Of a stretch of 64,000 nucleotides of DNA, positions 20,793 to 33,000 are shown piece after piece. The position numbers were made by a program, and so were the translations under genes. A model generated the notes under the pieces. That model ran no database searches. It was not told where the DNA came from and saw only the letters and a list, made by a program, of their open reading frames with translations. This DNA is from an uncultured Verrucomicrobiae bacterium. GTDB lineage: Bacteria > Verrucomicrobiota > Verrucomicrobiia > Limisphaerales > Palsa-1400. Every line of letters starts with the position of its first letter. The stretch's first letter is position 1. The DNA is taken from contig OY969763.1 in NCBI GenBank assembly GCA_963702845.1, positions 4,064,001-4,128,000 of the forward strand, in the 5' to 3' direction.

Positions 20793-20793
20793 C

Positions 20794-20856
20794 GCGACCT
20801 GTCGCATTGTTGGCTCACAGGTCGCCCGCCGTTCGAAAGAACGCGGGTTTTTTTAT
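20794..20856 (+). terminator. Attenuator hairpins and intrinsic terminator
   Basis: GCGACCTGT/ACAGGTCGC stem, then CCCGCCGTTC-GAAA-GAACGCGGG followed by a T7 tract. Confidence 0.8.
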
Positions 20857-20897
20857 TGAACCAGACTGCTCTTTTAGGCAGTCAGAACGGAAGAAAA

Positions 20898-21377
20898 ATG
20901 AGACATACCATCTCAGTTACAGTCGAGAACAAGTTCGGCGTGCTCACGCGCGTCGCGGGCTTGTTTAGTGGTCGTGGCTACAACATTGACACCCTCAATG
21001 TCGCTCCCACGCAAGACGCCAGCACCTCGCGCATGACCATTGTCACTGTCGGCGACGACGCCACAGTCGATCAAATCGTCAAGCAACTGAACAAACTGGT
21101 AGACGTCCTCAAAGTCGAAGACTACCGCGAAGGCGAATACATCGACCGCGAACTCGTCCTCGTCCGTGTCGCCGTTGACGCCAAAGCGCGCGCCGAGATC
21201 ATGCAGATCACCGACATTTTCCGCGCAAAAATCGTCGATGTTCAGCCGCACAGTCTGACCATTGAAATCACCGGCAACGAAAGCAAAGTGGAAAAGTTCC
21301 TCACGCTCATGAAAACATTCGGCGTGCTCGAACTCTCCCGAACCGGCAAGATCGCGCTCTCGCGCAAAGACAGCTAA
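20898..21377 (+). CDS. ilvN: Acetolactate synthase small subunit
   Basis: VENKFGVLTRVAGLFSGRGYNI ACT domain; RELVLV and SRTG motifs. Confidence 0.95.
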   Translation: MRHTISVTVENKFGVLTRVAGLFSGRGYNIDTLNVAPTQDASTSRMTIVTVGDDATVDQIVKQLNKLVDVLKVEDYREGEYIDRELVLVRVAVDAKARAEIMQITDIFRAKIVDVQPHSLTIEITGNESKVEKFLTLMKTFGVLELSRTGKIALSRKDS

Positions 21378-21414
21378 TTTCCATCAACTATCAACCATCA
21401 ACTAAGAACAAATA

Positions 21415-22437
<1,023 letters not shown>

Positions 22438-22458
22438 GATTCTAGTTTAGAACGTCGC

Positions 22459-22495
22459 GAGGCTCTGACCTTCTCGAGAGGGAAGTCAGAGCCTC
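22459..22495. repeat. REP-like hairpin GAGGCTCTGAC...GTCAGAGCCTC (related half-site at 39957-39985)
   Basis: 11-bp perfect inverted repeat. Confidence 0.6.
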
Positions 22496-22540
22496 CGCAT
22501 TTTGGGTAACTTTGGATTTCCGGTGGTGTTTAGTCCCACG

Positions 22541-23437
22541 ATGGGTATAGTGACTGGAATGGTTCGCAGGACGATCATGGGTTTAGTGGTATGCTTTGCA
22601 CTGTTCGTTGGTGCCGCCCAAGCGGTCACAGACGCAGCGCCAGCGCCCGCCCCTGCGTCTCCATCCGCGGTGTCGGACGAAAACGCGCCCGACGCAACCG
22701 ATGCCCCCCCTCTGCAGGACGACAATCCGTATTCAGCCATTGTTCGCGGCAACGTATTTCGTTTGACCGAACCGCCCAAACCGCAGGCAAAAGAAGACCC
22801 GGCCATTCTCAACCTGCCGAAAGTGAACATCACCGGTTTTCGTAGGCGCGAAGGCGAGCCGGTCCGCGCGTTGTTCGCCACGGTGCCGAAGGATCCGAAA
22901 GAATCGCCGAAATATTTCAATCTCGCAGAAGGCGAAAAAGAAGACATTCTGGAATTGAAAAAGATCGATCCTAATCAGGAATCGGTCGATGTCATTATCG
23001 CCGGCACGCCGACGACCCTCACGGTCAAGAGCAATAGTTTCGTCCAATCTGTCGTGGTTCCCAAAACCGCCGCCGCTCCGCTTCCCGGTATAGCTAATCC
23101 AGGATTGAATGCACGGCCTCCAGCCGCTCCTTATGGCGGCTCACCGGCTTATGGCGGCCAAGCACAGCCGCAGCCGATACAGCCAGGGCAACCGCAGCAA
23201 ACACAGCAACCGTACAATCCACAGAACGGCGGCGTTATTGTCGCTGGCGGCGGTATTGCACCTGCGACTGCTTCAACAGTCGTTGCCGGCGGCACACAAC
23301 CGCAACCCGGCGCATTTGCTCCAGCACAAGCCGCGCCTGAGGGAACAGCGGTCAGCACCGGCGGGGAAGCTGCGTTGCGAACGATTCCGACCCGAGGCAT
23401 TCGGACGGGTATGCAAGCACCGCCGACCCCGCGATGA
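22541..23437 (+). CDS. Hypothetical exported Pro/Ala/Gln-rich protein
   Basis: Signal peptide, NPY.AIV..NVF.L motif, low-complexity tail; start uncertain. Confidence 0.65.
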   Translation: MGIVTGMVRRTIMGLVVCFALFVGAAQAVTDAAPAPAPASPSAVSDENAPDATDAPPLQDDNPYSAIVRGNVFRLTEPPKPQAKEDPAILNLPKVNITGFRRREGEPVRALFATVPKDPKESPKYFNLAEGEKEDILELKKIDPNQESVDVIIAGTPTTLTVKSNSFVQSVVVPKTAAAPLPGIANPGLNARPPAAPYGGSPAYGGQAQPQPIQPGQPQQTQQPYNPQNGGVIVAGGGIAPATASTVVAGGTQPQPGAFAPAQAAPEGTAVSTGGEAALRTIPTRGIRTGMQAPPTPR

Positions 23438-23441
23438 CCGT

Positions 23442-24602
23442 TCAGATTTTCAGAAACAGCTCCGCGGCCCAATCAGCGTAGCGCATTCCTTGACGGGTCA
23501 GATGAAACCGTTCTTCATCGAGACTGCCGTAACCGAGTTTGATTATCTCCTGGATTTCAGCGTTCCATTCCTGGCGCAAATCAAATCCGGTCCGCTGCGC
23601 AAACTGCACAAGCGGCCATCCGGCGTTCATGCGTAAACCGAATGCGGCCAACTCACCCGCACGACGCAGCGGCGGCAATTCTTCCTTCGACTCAATCGCG
23701 CGTTTGCCTTTCTCAATCTGTTCGCAATAAATCGTCGTATTGGACCAATTCTTCGTCCGCACGCCCCGCACAAATCCGGCGGCACTCGGGCCCATGCCGT
23801 AGAACGAGCCGCCGCGCCAATAGTTCACGTTGTGCAAGCACGCGCGGGACGGGATGTCGCTCGATTTATTATCATCCTTCGCAAAATTGGCTATTTCGTA
23901 TTGACGGAAACCGGCGCGCTGCGCGGTGTCCAATAACTCCTCATACATTTCGCACGCGAGATTCTCGTCGACGGCGATTTTGCCCTGCTGCAAATCGTGG
24001 AACAGGGCCGTGTCTTCCTCGTAAATGACCTCGTAGGACGACAAATGTTCGCTGCCCAGCGCTATGATTTCTCGCAAAGTGTCGCGCCAGATTTCCATCG
24101 TCTGACCCGGAATTGCGAACATCAGGTCCAGATTCACATTGTCGAAACCGGCCGAGCGTAAAATATCGAACGACTTGAAGACCTGTTCGCGCGAATGGAT
24201 TCGACCGAGCTTATCGAGCAACGCTTCATTTAACGACTGAACGCCCATCGAAATGCGGTTCACTCCGAATTCGCGCAGCAACTTTGCTTTATCCGCCGAA
24301 ACCGTCGCCGGATTACATTCAACGGTCCATTCCTGCGCCCCCGTCAGGCCAAGGCGTTGCATCGTCTGGAGGATGGTCTCCCACTGACGCAAGTTGAGCA
24401 GCGAAGGCGTGCCGCCACCGAAAAAAATCGTCCGCGGCTTCAGATCGTGCGCAACTAGTTCCAATTCTCGGACGAGGGCGTCGACGTAACGGTTCACCAC
24501 CTCGCCGCTGCTCGCTTCCGAGTAGAAGGCGCAGTAAGAGCACTTCTTTGCGCAAAACGGCACGTGCACGTAGAGGCTGGTAATGATGGGCTCGTTGAAC
24601 AT
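23442..24602 (-). CDS. hemW: Radical SAM heme chaperone HemW (HemN-like)
   Basis: SLYVHVPFCAKKCSYCAF, FGGGTPS, YEIANF and HNVNYW motifs. Confidence 0.9.
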   Translation of the reverse strand: MFNEPIITSLYVHVPFCAKKCSYCAFYSEASSGEVVNRYVDALVRELELVAHDLKPRTIFFGGGTPSLLNLRQWETILQTMQRLGLTGAQEWTVECNPATVSADKAKLLREFGVNRISMGVQSLNEALLDKLGRIHSREQVFKSFDILRSAGFDNVNLDLMFAIPGQTMEIWRDTLREIIALGSEHLSSYEVIYEEDTALFHDLQQGKIAVDENLACEMYEELLDTAQRAGFRQYEIANFAKDDNKSSDIPSRACLHNVNYWRGGSFYGMGPSAAGFVRGVRTKNWSNTTIYCEQIEKGKRAIESKEELPPLRRAGELAAFGLRMNAGWPLVQFAQRTGFDLRQEWNAEIQEIIKLGYGSLDEERFHLTRQGMRYADWAAELFLKI

Positions 24603-24619
24603 CGAAGCAAACGTAGTTG

Positions 24620-24710
24620 CAAAAGCCCCAAATCCCAAGCTCCAAGCTGGCAATTGGTGTTTGGCATTTGGAGCTTCTTTGGTCCTTGGTGTTTGGAGCT
24701 TGGTGCTTTT
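24620..24710. repeat. Heptamer-based inverted repeat cluster
   Basis: CCAAATC CCAAGCT CCAAGCT facing TTGGTGT TTGGCAT TTGGAGC...TTGGTCC TTGGTGT TTGGAGC TTGGTGC. Confidence 0.7.
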
Positions 24711-24791
24711 TCACGTTGCCCCATGTCAACAAGTGAGTAGCATTTCCCCATGCCGCCAGTCCTGACACCGGTCCAGTCTAACATTCCATTC

Positions 24792-25511
24792 ATGCGCTCT
24801 GACGGGCGTGAATTTGATCAGCTCCGACCGATTCGTTTTCAAAACGGAATCGCGCCGAACGCCACCGGCTCAACCCTCGTCGAGTGGGGCAACACCCGTG
24901 TCATCTGCGCGGTGACGATTGAGGAATCGGTGCCGCGCTGGATGAAGGAACAGAACGTCGCGGGTGGTTGGGTCACCGCCGAATATTCGATGCTCCCCTA
25001 CTCCACTCTGACGCGCAAAGCGCGCGAGGTGTCCAAGGGCAAAGTCGAAGGACGCACCCAGGAAATTCAGCGGCTCATCGGACGCGCGATGCGCTCAGCG
25101 GTCGACTTGGAACGCGTTGGCGCGCGAACGATTTGTGTTGATTGCGATGTTTTGCAGGCAGATGGCGGCACACGCACCGCCTCGATCACAGGCGCTTTTG
25201 TGGCCCTCTCTCTTGCCGTCAGAAAGTTGATGAACGACGGAAAAATCACGAGTTCCCCGATCCTTCACAACGTCGCTGCGGTGAGCGTTGGCATTGTTCA
25301 AGCACAACCGCTGTTGGACCTCTGCTACGTGGAAGACGTGGCTGCGGCGGTCGACATGAATTTCGCGATGACCAGTGCTGGTGAATTTATTGAGCTTCAA
25401 GGGACGGGCGAGGAAGCGACGTTCACTGACGACCAATTACAATCGATGATCAGTTTAGGAAAGGCTGGAATTCGGCGTTTAATCGACTTGCAAAACAAGG
25501 CGGTAAAATAA
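24792..25511 (+). CDS. rph: Ribonuclease PH
   Basis: MRSDGR, GRTQEIQRLIGR and ADGGTRTASITG motifs. Confidence 0.97.
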   Translation: MRSDGREFDQLRPIRFQNGIAPNATGSTLVEWGNTRVICAVTIEESVPRWMKEQNVAGGWVTAEYSMLPYSTLTRKAREVSKGKVEGRTQEIQRLIGRAMRSAVDLERVGARTICVDCDVLQADGGTRTASITGAFVALSLAVRKLMNDGKITSSPILHNVAAVSVGIVQAQPLLDLCYVEDVAAAVDMNFAMTSAGEFIELQGTGEEATFTDDQLQSMISLGKAGIRRLIDLQNKAVK

Positions 25512-25543
25512 AGTAGAGCCGCTGACGGCGACTGCGACGCGCA

Positions 25544-26098
25544 CTAATTCCAAGAGAGATCTTCCGGAGCTTGCGCCAACAGCACCAAGCCCTTTTGTTT
25601 CACGATCGTTTGCCAAAGTATTTCCGGCTGAGGATTGAAGACCAGATCGACCGAGGCGGGATGCACGAGCCAATCTTTCCGCGCCATTTCGTTGTCCAGT
25701 TGGCCGGCAGTCCAACCGGCGTAACCAGCGAACAAGCGCAACTTCTGTGATGGCGAGTAGGACTCGCCGATGTCCATAAGAGCATCGAGCGAATGGCCGA
25801 GGCGCAAGTTGTCCATGACGTTGGCATCGGGAAGAAGCAGATCCGAGTGCAGGTAACTCAAGGCGGTGGGCTGCACCGGGCCGCCGATGAAAAGCGTCTC
25901 ATCCTTCAGCTTTTCCGGCAGATCCGCAACGAGCGCTTCACCGACTTTGTTTTCAGTTGAGCGATTCAAGATCAGTCCAAAAGCACCTTCGGCGTCGTGT
26001 TGGCAGATGAGCACGACCGATCGATGAAAAAATGAGCCGTGTAATTTGCCGCCATCGAGGAGCAACTGACCGCGCAAAGATTTAGTGGCCTTAGCCAT
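25544..26098 (-). CDS. YqgE/AlgH family protein
   Basis: F..SVVLICQH..EGAFGLILNR, GGPV and GYAGW..GQL motifs. Confidence 0.9.
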   Translation of the reverse strand: MAKATKSLRGQLLLDGGKLHGSFFHRSVVLICQHDAEGAFGLILNRSTENKVGEALVADLPEKLKDETLFIGGPVQPTALSYLHSDLLLPDANVMDNLRLGHSLDALMDIGESYSPSQKLRLFAGYAGWTAGQLDNEMARKDWLVHPASVDLVFNPQPEILWQTIVKQKGLVLLAQAPEDLSWN

Positions 26099-26214
26099 AC
26101 GACTGTAAGCGTAATCTGCCTCAAGGGCGGGCGGGTGACAACTTGATTGCGTTTTTGGAGTGCGGGCATCCCGCTCCACTTGCTTCGCAATGCCAAAGCA
26201 CATAATCTCGCGAT

Positions 26215-28919
26215 ATGATACGCCTTCATCGATTTGTTCTGCTCGTTGGGCTATTCGGTCTTTCAGTTTGCATGCATGCGGCGTCCGTTGCGCGGATGCG
26301 TTGTGAGAATTTGGAGAACCCCATCGGTATTGATGCCACCCAACCGCGATTGAGCTGGAACATGCAGAGCGATGAACGCGGCGCGTTGCAATCCGGCTAC
26401 CAGATTCTTGTCGCTTCAAGCGAATCTCTGCTCAAAGAGGGCAAAGCCGACCTGTGGGACAGCAGCCGCGTTGATTCCGATCAATCGATCAATATCGGCT
26501 ATGGCGGGAAGGCGTCGCAAGTCAGGCCAACGTTGTTTTTGGATGGTCCGCGTCTGGGACAAAAATGGTCACCCATGCTCGTATAGCAAACCGGCGCTGT
26601 GGCAGATGGGCTTGCTCTCGCCCGAGGACTGGCACGGCAAATGGATCGCGCGCACAGCCGATACAAACTCGAATCCGGCGCCATTTCTACGTCGCGCATT
26701 TCAAGTAGGCCAACATATCAAACACGCCACTGTTTACATTTGCGGCCTTGGTTATTACGAGTTGCACATCAACGGCAAAAAAATTGGCGACCATCTGCTC
26801 GATCCCGGCTACACGCGTTACGATAAACGCGATCTTTACGTTGCCTACGATGTCACTGACGACTTGCAAAAGGGTAAGAACGTCATCGGCGCGATTCTTG
26901 GAAACGGCTGGTACAACGTGCACACGCGCGCTGTTTGGGAATTCGACAATGCCCCATGGCGCGCTGCACCGAAGTTGTTACTGGAACTGCGCGTTGAACT
27001 CGCTGATGGCACGACACAAACCATTGCGACCGATGACACGTGGAAAACAAGCACCGGCCCGATCACATTCGACAGCATTTACGGCGGTGAAAACTACGAT
27101 GCGCGATTAGAGATGTTAGGTTGGGACAAACCCGGTTTCGATGATTCAAAATGGAGCAAAGCACAGCTCGTCGAAGCGCCAAAAGGAAAACTCGTCGCGC
27201 AAACAATGCCGCCAATCAAAGCGTGTGAAGAGTTTGGCGCCAAAACCATCACCGAGCCAAAACCCGGAGTATACGTTATCGACTTCGGCCAGAACATGGC
27301 CGGGTTTGTACAACTCACGTGCTCTGCGCCAGCCGACACGAACATCAGAATGAAATATGGCGAGCGTCTCGACGGCGACGGCTTGGTTGATCAAACGATC
27401 ATCAACGAGCACATCCGCCGCATGGATTCCAGTCAGCAATTTCAAACCGACTCATACATCGCCAAAGGAAAAGGAACAGAAACGTGGCACTCGCGATTTA
27501 CGTATTACGGCTTCCAATACATCGAGGTAAGCGGGTTTCTCAGTAAACCAACCGCCGAAAATTTTCGCGCCTATTTCATCCATTCCGCCGTGCCGGTTGT
27601 CGGGCACGTTCAACTGTTCAAACGAATTGTTCAACAAGATTTGGAAGAATGGCCGCTACTCGTACCTGAGCAACCTCGAAGGCATTCCGACCGACTGCCC
27701 GCACCGCGAGAAGAACGGTTGGACCGGCGACGCTCATCTCGCCTGCGAACAAGGCCTATTCAGCTACGACAGCCTCCCCGTTTACGAAAAATGGTTGAAC
27801 GACTTAAACGACGAACAACGTCCGACCGGTGAACTGCCCGGCATCGTGCCAACCGGTGGCTGGGGCTACAAATGGGGCAACGGTCCTGCGTGGGACAGCG
27901 CGTTCGTCCTTATCCCCTACTATCTCTACGAATACTGCGGCGACACGCGCGCGTTTGCGGACCATTACGCTGGGATGAAGCGCTATGTCGATTACCTGTC
28001 CAGCCGCGCTAAAAGCGGCATCATCAATTTCGGCCTGCCCGACTGGGCTCCGGCTAACACCACCACGCCGACGGATATTACCTCGACTGGCTATTACTAT
28101 CGCGACACGCAGATTGTTGCACTTGCAGCAAAAGTTCTTGGCAAAGAATCAGACGCGCAAAAATACACCGACCTGGCGGCGAGCATCAAAACAGCGTTCA
28201 ACAACAAGTTCTATAACCCTGCTACTGGTAATTACGGCAACGGCAGCCAAACATCACTAAGCTGCGCGCTCTATCAAGGACTGTGTGAACCAACCGATCG
28301 TCAACGTGTCGTTGAGAACCTTGTCGATAACGTTCATCACCACGACGACCACATCGACACTGGGATTCTCGGTGCGAAATATCTGCTCTACGCGCTCACG
28401 GACAATGGGCGCGGCAACCTCGCTTACGAAATAGCGAACCAAAAAACGCAACCGAGCTGGGGTTGGTGGATTGTCCAGGGCGCTAGCACGCTGTGGGAAC
28501 AATGGAACGGCAACGATTCGCACAACCACATCATGTATGGCGACATCTCAGCGTGGTTTTACAAAGCGCTTGCCGGTATTAATTCCGATCCCGCATCGCC
28601 CGGCTTCAAACATTTTATCATCAAGCCAGAGGTGCTCGGCAACCTGCAATGGGCCAAGGGCACTTACAATTCAGTCCACGGGTTAATTGTCAGTGATTGG
28701 TATCTGAAAGAAGGCAAGTTCAACTTAACTGTCACAGTTCCGCCGAACACGACGGCAACGATTTACCTACCCTGCGGCAATCCGGGGGACGTTCACGAAA
28801 GTGGCCGTTCACTTGAGGATACAGCCGGCTTCAACCGCGTAGAGGCAGAAGGTGGCTTAACAATTGTAGAAGTGGACTCAGGTACTTACAAATTCTCGAT
28901 GCCATTTCCTCAGAACTAA
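26215..28919 (+). CDS. Alpha-L-rhamnosidase (GH78), two frameshifts (near 26515 and 27600)
   Basis: PIGID..QPRLSW, DFGQN.AG, FTYYGFQY, PTDCPHREKNGWTGDA, TLWEQW and SHNH motifs spread over three frames. Confidence 0.9.
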
Positions 28920-28931
28920 GTTCGACCAACA

Positions 28932-28962
28932 AAAAAGACCGGCCATGTTTCCGTGGCCGGCC
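28932..28962. terminator. Hairpin terminator between convergent genes
   Basis: A-tract then CCGGCCA(T)G-tttc-CGTGGCCGG. Confidence 0.55.
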
Positions 28963-28986
28963 CTCGCAATAATTTACGCTAGCAGT

Positions 28987-29598
28987 TTATTGAGCTTTGA
29001 TTTCAAGCTGATTATCAACCGCTGAAACGCCCGCAACTTGTTTGGCGCGTTGTTCGCAATCCATCTTGGCTTGATCGTTCGCCACTGAACCTTTGAGCGT
29101 CACTTTGCCATTGCTAACATCGACGTTCAGGTTCTGCGGAGCGTTCGGATTCGCGCTGACACTGGCAGGATTGCTCGAGTCTGAGCTATTGCCGAGAATC
29201 GCCGCGCGGACTTTCGCTTTGATCAAGCTGTCCGAATTTCCGGCTTCGGCGGTCGCTGTCGTTGCGCCGGCGGATTCATTGACCGCTTTGCCCTGTGCGT
29301 TCGCAACTTTGGCCTGCGCATCCGCGTCAGCTTTCGCTGCTTTGGCCTGAGCGTCAACTTCGTCCTTCTTGGCGTTAATCTGCTCCTTCTCCGCTTTGGC
29401 TTGAGCGTTGATCTGGTCCTTTTGTTGGCTCGCCTGTTTGGAAATGGCGTCCTTTTGCGCGTTCAATGCGTCTTTTTCAGCGTTCGCATTGGCTTTGACT
29501 GCGTCTTTCTGAGCGCCGGCGGATTCATTTGCGGTATTTTCCCGGTTACACCCCGCCATCACCAATGCCGCTGCCGCTACAACTAGAATTTTTTTCAT
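28987..29598 (-). CDS. BON-domain lipoprotein
   Basis: Lipobox MAGC; Ala/Lys coiled coil; V.NGKVTLKGSV...A.QVAGV..VDNQL. Confidence 0.85.
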   Translation of the reverse strand: MKKILVVAAAALVMAGCNRENTANESAGAQKDAVKANANAEKDALNAQKDAISKQASQQKDQINAQAKAEKEQINAKKDEVDAQAKAAKADADAQAKVANAQGKAVNESAGATTATAEAGNSDSLIKAKVRAAILGNSSDSSNPASVSANPNAPQNLNVDVSNGKVTLKGSVANDQAKMDCEQRAKQVAGVSAVDNQLEIKAQ

Positions 29599-29796
29599 AT
29601 ACGTGTTTTTTTGCTTTTGGATTACTCCTGTGACCTAAAGTAGGCCTCACAACACGCTTCTCAATTGGGGACGCGGCGATTCGTGCCATCGGGCAATCGC
29701 CGACCGCAAGAAACTGACTTGGACTGACGGGGCGGTCGAACGTGACCGCGCCCGTCAGGATATTGAAGCGGCGGTCGAGTGACACGCCGCACGAAA

Positions 29797-31239
29797 CTAT
29801 GTGCGAATGGAATCGTATTCGCGCTTGGTCGTCATTCCGGGCATCGGCACCGGATATTTGCCATTTTGATCCGAAGGCAACGGTCCCGGCCCGAGTTGCA
29901 GATCGCCGATGTTCGGAGCCATCTCGTGCTCGTGATTGAGCGCCTCTTCCCAAGTGACGACCTGGCCGGTGTGCGCGGCCAAACGACCCAAATTGCAGGC
30001 GTTGCTCGCTTCAGCGCCGTATTTAGCTTCGTTGTATTTATCGTTTTTTTGGATCGCGTCGATGAGATCGTCCCATTCGTTTTGATAAGGGTTGGTGTCG
30101 TAATTCGCCAACTCGCCTCCGACACTGAAACTCTTGCTCCTGCCTTTGGATTCCCACTGCAGACCGTTTTTGCTCGCATGCTGCGTGGTGAAAATTTGCT
30201 GCGGCCCGCTGCAGTCACCATTGTGCGCCATCACGGCCATTCCTTTGCTCCCGTGCGCTGCGCTCTTATAAATATCCGCGCAACCAACGATGCAACGACC
30301 ATCCATCAACAATGTCGTGCCGTCGGCGTACGTATATTCGACAGAATACGTGTCGAGATTCTGATCGACCATATCACCACGGAAATGACGACCGCCTAGC
30401 GCTTGCGCTTTCACGGGCCACGCATTCTTCATCCAGCAGGAATGATCGACATGATGAATGTAAAAATCATTGAACATGCCGCCGCTCGCCCAAATAAAGG
30501 CGTGGAAGTTGCGGATCTGATATTCCACATCGGTCATATTCGCCGGCTTTTTCGGCACGAAACAATTAGCGAGCGGACCCGCCATCCGATAGCAGCGCAT
30601 CAAAATGATGTCGCCGATTTCGCCGTCTTGAACGCGCTTATGCAACTCCTGCATACCCCGGCTGTGGCGGCTCATCAGTCCGACGCCAACCTTTAGATTC
30701 TTTTTCTCCGATTCTTCAGCGTACTGCAGCATCCGGCGAGTCGAAGGACCATCCGCCGTCAGAGGCTTTTCCATGAACACGTTCAGGTTCTTGTCGATCG
30801 CATGTTTGAAGTGCAAACCGCGAAACCCCAGCGGTGTAGTGAGGATGACAATGTCGCCTTTCCGCAGACAATCCATCGCCTTCTTGTACGCGTCGAAGCC
30901 AACGAATTTGTGGTCATCGACATTCATCTTCGCTGAAAAATCCTTGTGCAATGCGTCATAGCTGCCGTTGAGACGATCGGGAAATGCATCGGCCATCGCA
31001 ACAAGCTTGATCGGTCCTCGGTTCGCAACGGAAAGCGCATTAGCAGCCGCCCCTGTGCCGCGTCCGCCGCAGCCGATCAATGCAACGCGGATCTCGCTGT
31101 TGTGCCCCGGATGCACATTCGGCAGAGGATTCTTCGGCGAAGCGTAGGCCAAACTGCCAACGGCAGATGCTGCAGCGGCGGTGGCAGTAGTTTTAATAAA
31201 ATCACGACGAGTCGTGAGCGAGTTAGTGGACTGGGTCAT
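29797..31239 (-). CDS. Gfo/Idh/MocA oxidoreductase with Tat signal
   Basis: TRRDFIK, IGCGGRGTGA and MEKP motifs. Confidence 0.9.
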   Translation of the reverse strand: MTQSTNSLTTRRDFIKTTATAAAASAVGSLAYASPKNPLPNVHPGHNSEIRVALIGCGGRGTGAAANALSVANRGPIKLVAMADAFPDRLNGSYDALHKDFSAKMNVDDHKFVGFDAYKKAMDCLRKGDIVILTTPLGFRGLHFKHAIDKNLNVFMEKPLTADGPSTRRMLQYAEESEKKNLKVGVGLMSRHSRGMQELHKRVQDGEIGDIILMRCYRMAGPLANCFVPKKPANMTDVEYQIRNFHAFIWASGGMFNDFYIHHVDHSCWMKNAWPVKAQALGGRHFRGDMVDQNLDTYSVEYTYADGTTLLMDGRCIVGCADIYKSAAHGSKGMAVMAHNGDCSGPQQIFTTQHASKNGLQWESKGRSKSFSVGGELANYDTNPYQNEWDDLIDAIQKNDKYNEAKYGAEASNACNLGRLAAHTGQVVTWEEALNHEHEMAPNIGDLQLGPGPLPSDQNGKYPVPMPGMTTKREYDSIRT

Positions 31240-31299
31240 AAATCTGTATTTTCCTGACGATACGTAGCCGAAGTCAATTCAAAGAATTTTTTTTGCACA

Positions 31300-32886
31300 C
31301 TATGGGCCACTGACGATCGTCAGAGTTTCTATGGCTGGTGTCATCGCCGAGTTGATCGCGGTCGCACGATAGAAACTCGCTGCGGTCGATGGATGAATTT
31401 TAATCGCGCCGCCGCCAGCGATGGAACCCCCGACCAATCCACGCCACGTCGTGAGATTAGTAGAACCGGAAAGATTATACAACTGGTTCGTAGGCCCACT
31501 GACGGTGAATTGAAAGTTTGTCCCGACCATAGCCGGAGCGCTGAACGTGCACGGAGATGCAGGCGGGGAGAACGCGCGCCAGAGGCTACCCGCGTTATCT
31601 GCAACGTAGAGATTGCCAACATTGTCCCAGGCGACTTCGCGGTAGTCGTCGAGCGGGACCAGGTCGCGCTTGATGAGTGCGCCGGTGTTGGCATCGAGAA
31701 TAGCGACACCTCCGCTCCCGCCGCTGCCGGTGCGAAACGCGACCGCGACGTAAGTTGCGGTTGGATCAACAGCGCAGGCGAAAGCGCCGCGCATGGTGTC
31801 GTCGCCCGAACCGACGGCCCAATCGGCCACCGTTTCAGGAGTGCCGGATTCGTTGTACGGCGGAAAACGGAGCACGCGCGACGCAGGGTCGCCGGGATTG
31901 ACCCGGTATTGAATGGTGTAGATATAGCCGTTTTTATCCACAGCAATGTCGTACGGATAAATCTTCAACGAACCGGTTAACGCAGCGACAATTTGCGTGC
32001 CTGTGTCGCCAGGCGCAAGGGTTCCATCAGCAGTAACGGTCCAACGGGTTATGCCGGTTCCGGGCGGCGTGGTATAATTCACATCCGCCATCCAGATTTG
32101 CATTCCATTGGAGGAACCTGTTACGAACGGACCGGTCATGTTCGCGACGCCATTGGGATTGTTATCGTCGCGCAAAACGGACAGGTATGAAGGCGAAACT
32201 TCCTGATCGAACGCAAGAATGATACCATTGCCGGTCCAATCGTTGACGTAAAGTTTGTCATCATCGCCAACTTCCATTTTCCACGGACTGAAAAAATCAC
32301 CGGCCCATGGATATCCGCCCGTACTGAATGCGCCATCGTCCGCAAACGAGCCGTCAGCATTGGCTTTGATGATACCGACACTGTCACCGGGAAGAGAGCC
32401 GGCACTATTACCCGTAGCGTTCGAAGCGAAGACGCGACCGTAGTAGAAGCTGTTAGTGTTTTTATTAACGGCGAGTCCGCGTGGTTCCCAAACGTAAGTG
32501 CCCGGATCAGTATCGCTACGGATTTGAGTCCAGGTCGGATGAGAGTTGCCGGCGGCAATGACGCGAATCGAGTAGGTGCCCGGCGGTGCGTAGGAACTCG
32601 GATACCCGGTTGCCGCGTCAAATGTAACGTAGTTGCTGCCGCGGGGCGGATTAGGATAACCCGCCGCCGCAACGAGGTTGGTGCCCGACATTAACAAAAT
32701 GTCTACACCAGTGGCATCCTCGTTGAGGATGAAACTGACGCCAACGCTTTCTCCTTGTTTGATGGAGACGCCATTGGTGTCGCCATTGAGTTTGATGTTT
32801 GTTGCGTAAACATTAGCCCGTGCCTGGCCGGCAGCGAGTAACGATGCGCAAAGCATCCCGCAGTATAAGTAGTGTATTGTTTTCAT
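31300..32886 (-). CDS. Secreted hypothetical beta-propeller-like protein
   Basis: Signal peptide; NHL-like PYDIAVD..G.IY and AWD.VGNLYV; C-terminal STNL..W module. Confidence 0.65.
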   Translation of the reverse strand: MKTIHYLYCGMLCASLLAAGQARANVYATNIKLNGDTNGVSIKQGESVGVSFILNEDATGVDILLMSGTNLVAAAGYPNPPRGSNYVTFDAATGYPSSYAPPGTYSIRVIAAGNSHPTWTQIRSDTDPGTYVWEPRGLAVNKNTNSFYYGRVFASNATGNSAGSLPGDSVGIIKANADGSFADDGAFSTGGYPWAGDFFSPWKMEVGDDDKLYVNDWTGNGIILAFDQEVSPSYLSVLRDDNNPNGVANMTGPFVTGSSNGMQIWMADVNYTTPPGTGITRWTVTADGTLAPGDTGTQIVAALTGSLKIYPYDIAVDKNGYIYTIQYRVNPGDPASRVLRFPPYNESGTPETVADWAVGSGDDTMRGAFACAVDPTATYVAVAFRTGSGGSGGVAILDANTGALIKRDLVPLDDYREVAWDNVGNLYVADNAGSLWRAFSPPASPCTFSAPAMVGTNFQFTVSGPTNQLYNLSGSTNLTTWRGLVGGSIAGGGAIKIHPSTAASFYRATAINSAMTPAIETLTIVSGP

Positions 32887-33000
32887 GGGTTTTCATACCG
32901 GATCGGGAGAAACCGAGCATAAAACAGCGAATGCCATACGCAAGCTATTGTTGACAAACAACCATATACAAGCGGCCAAGGATGTCCGCACTCCTTTCCG

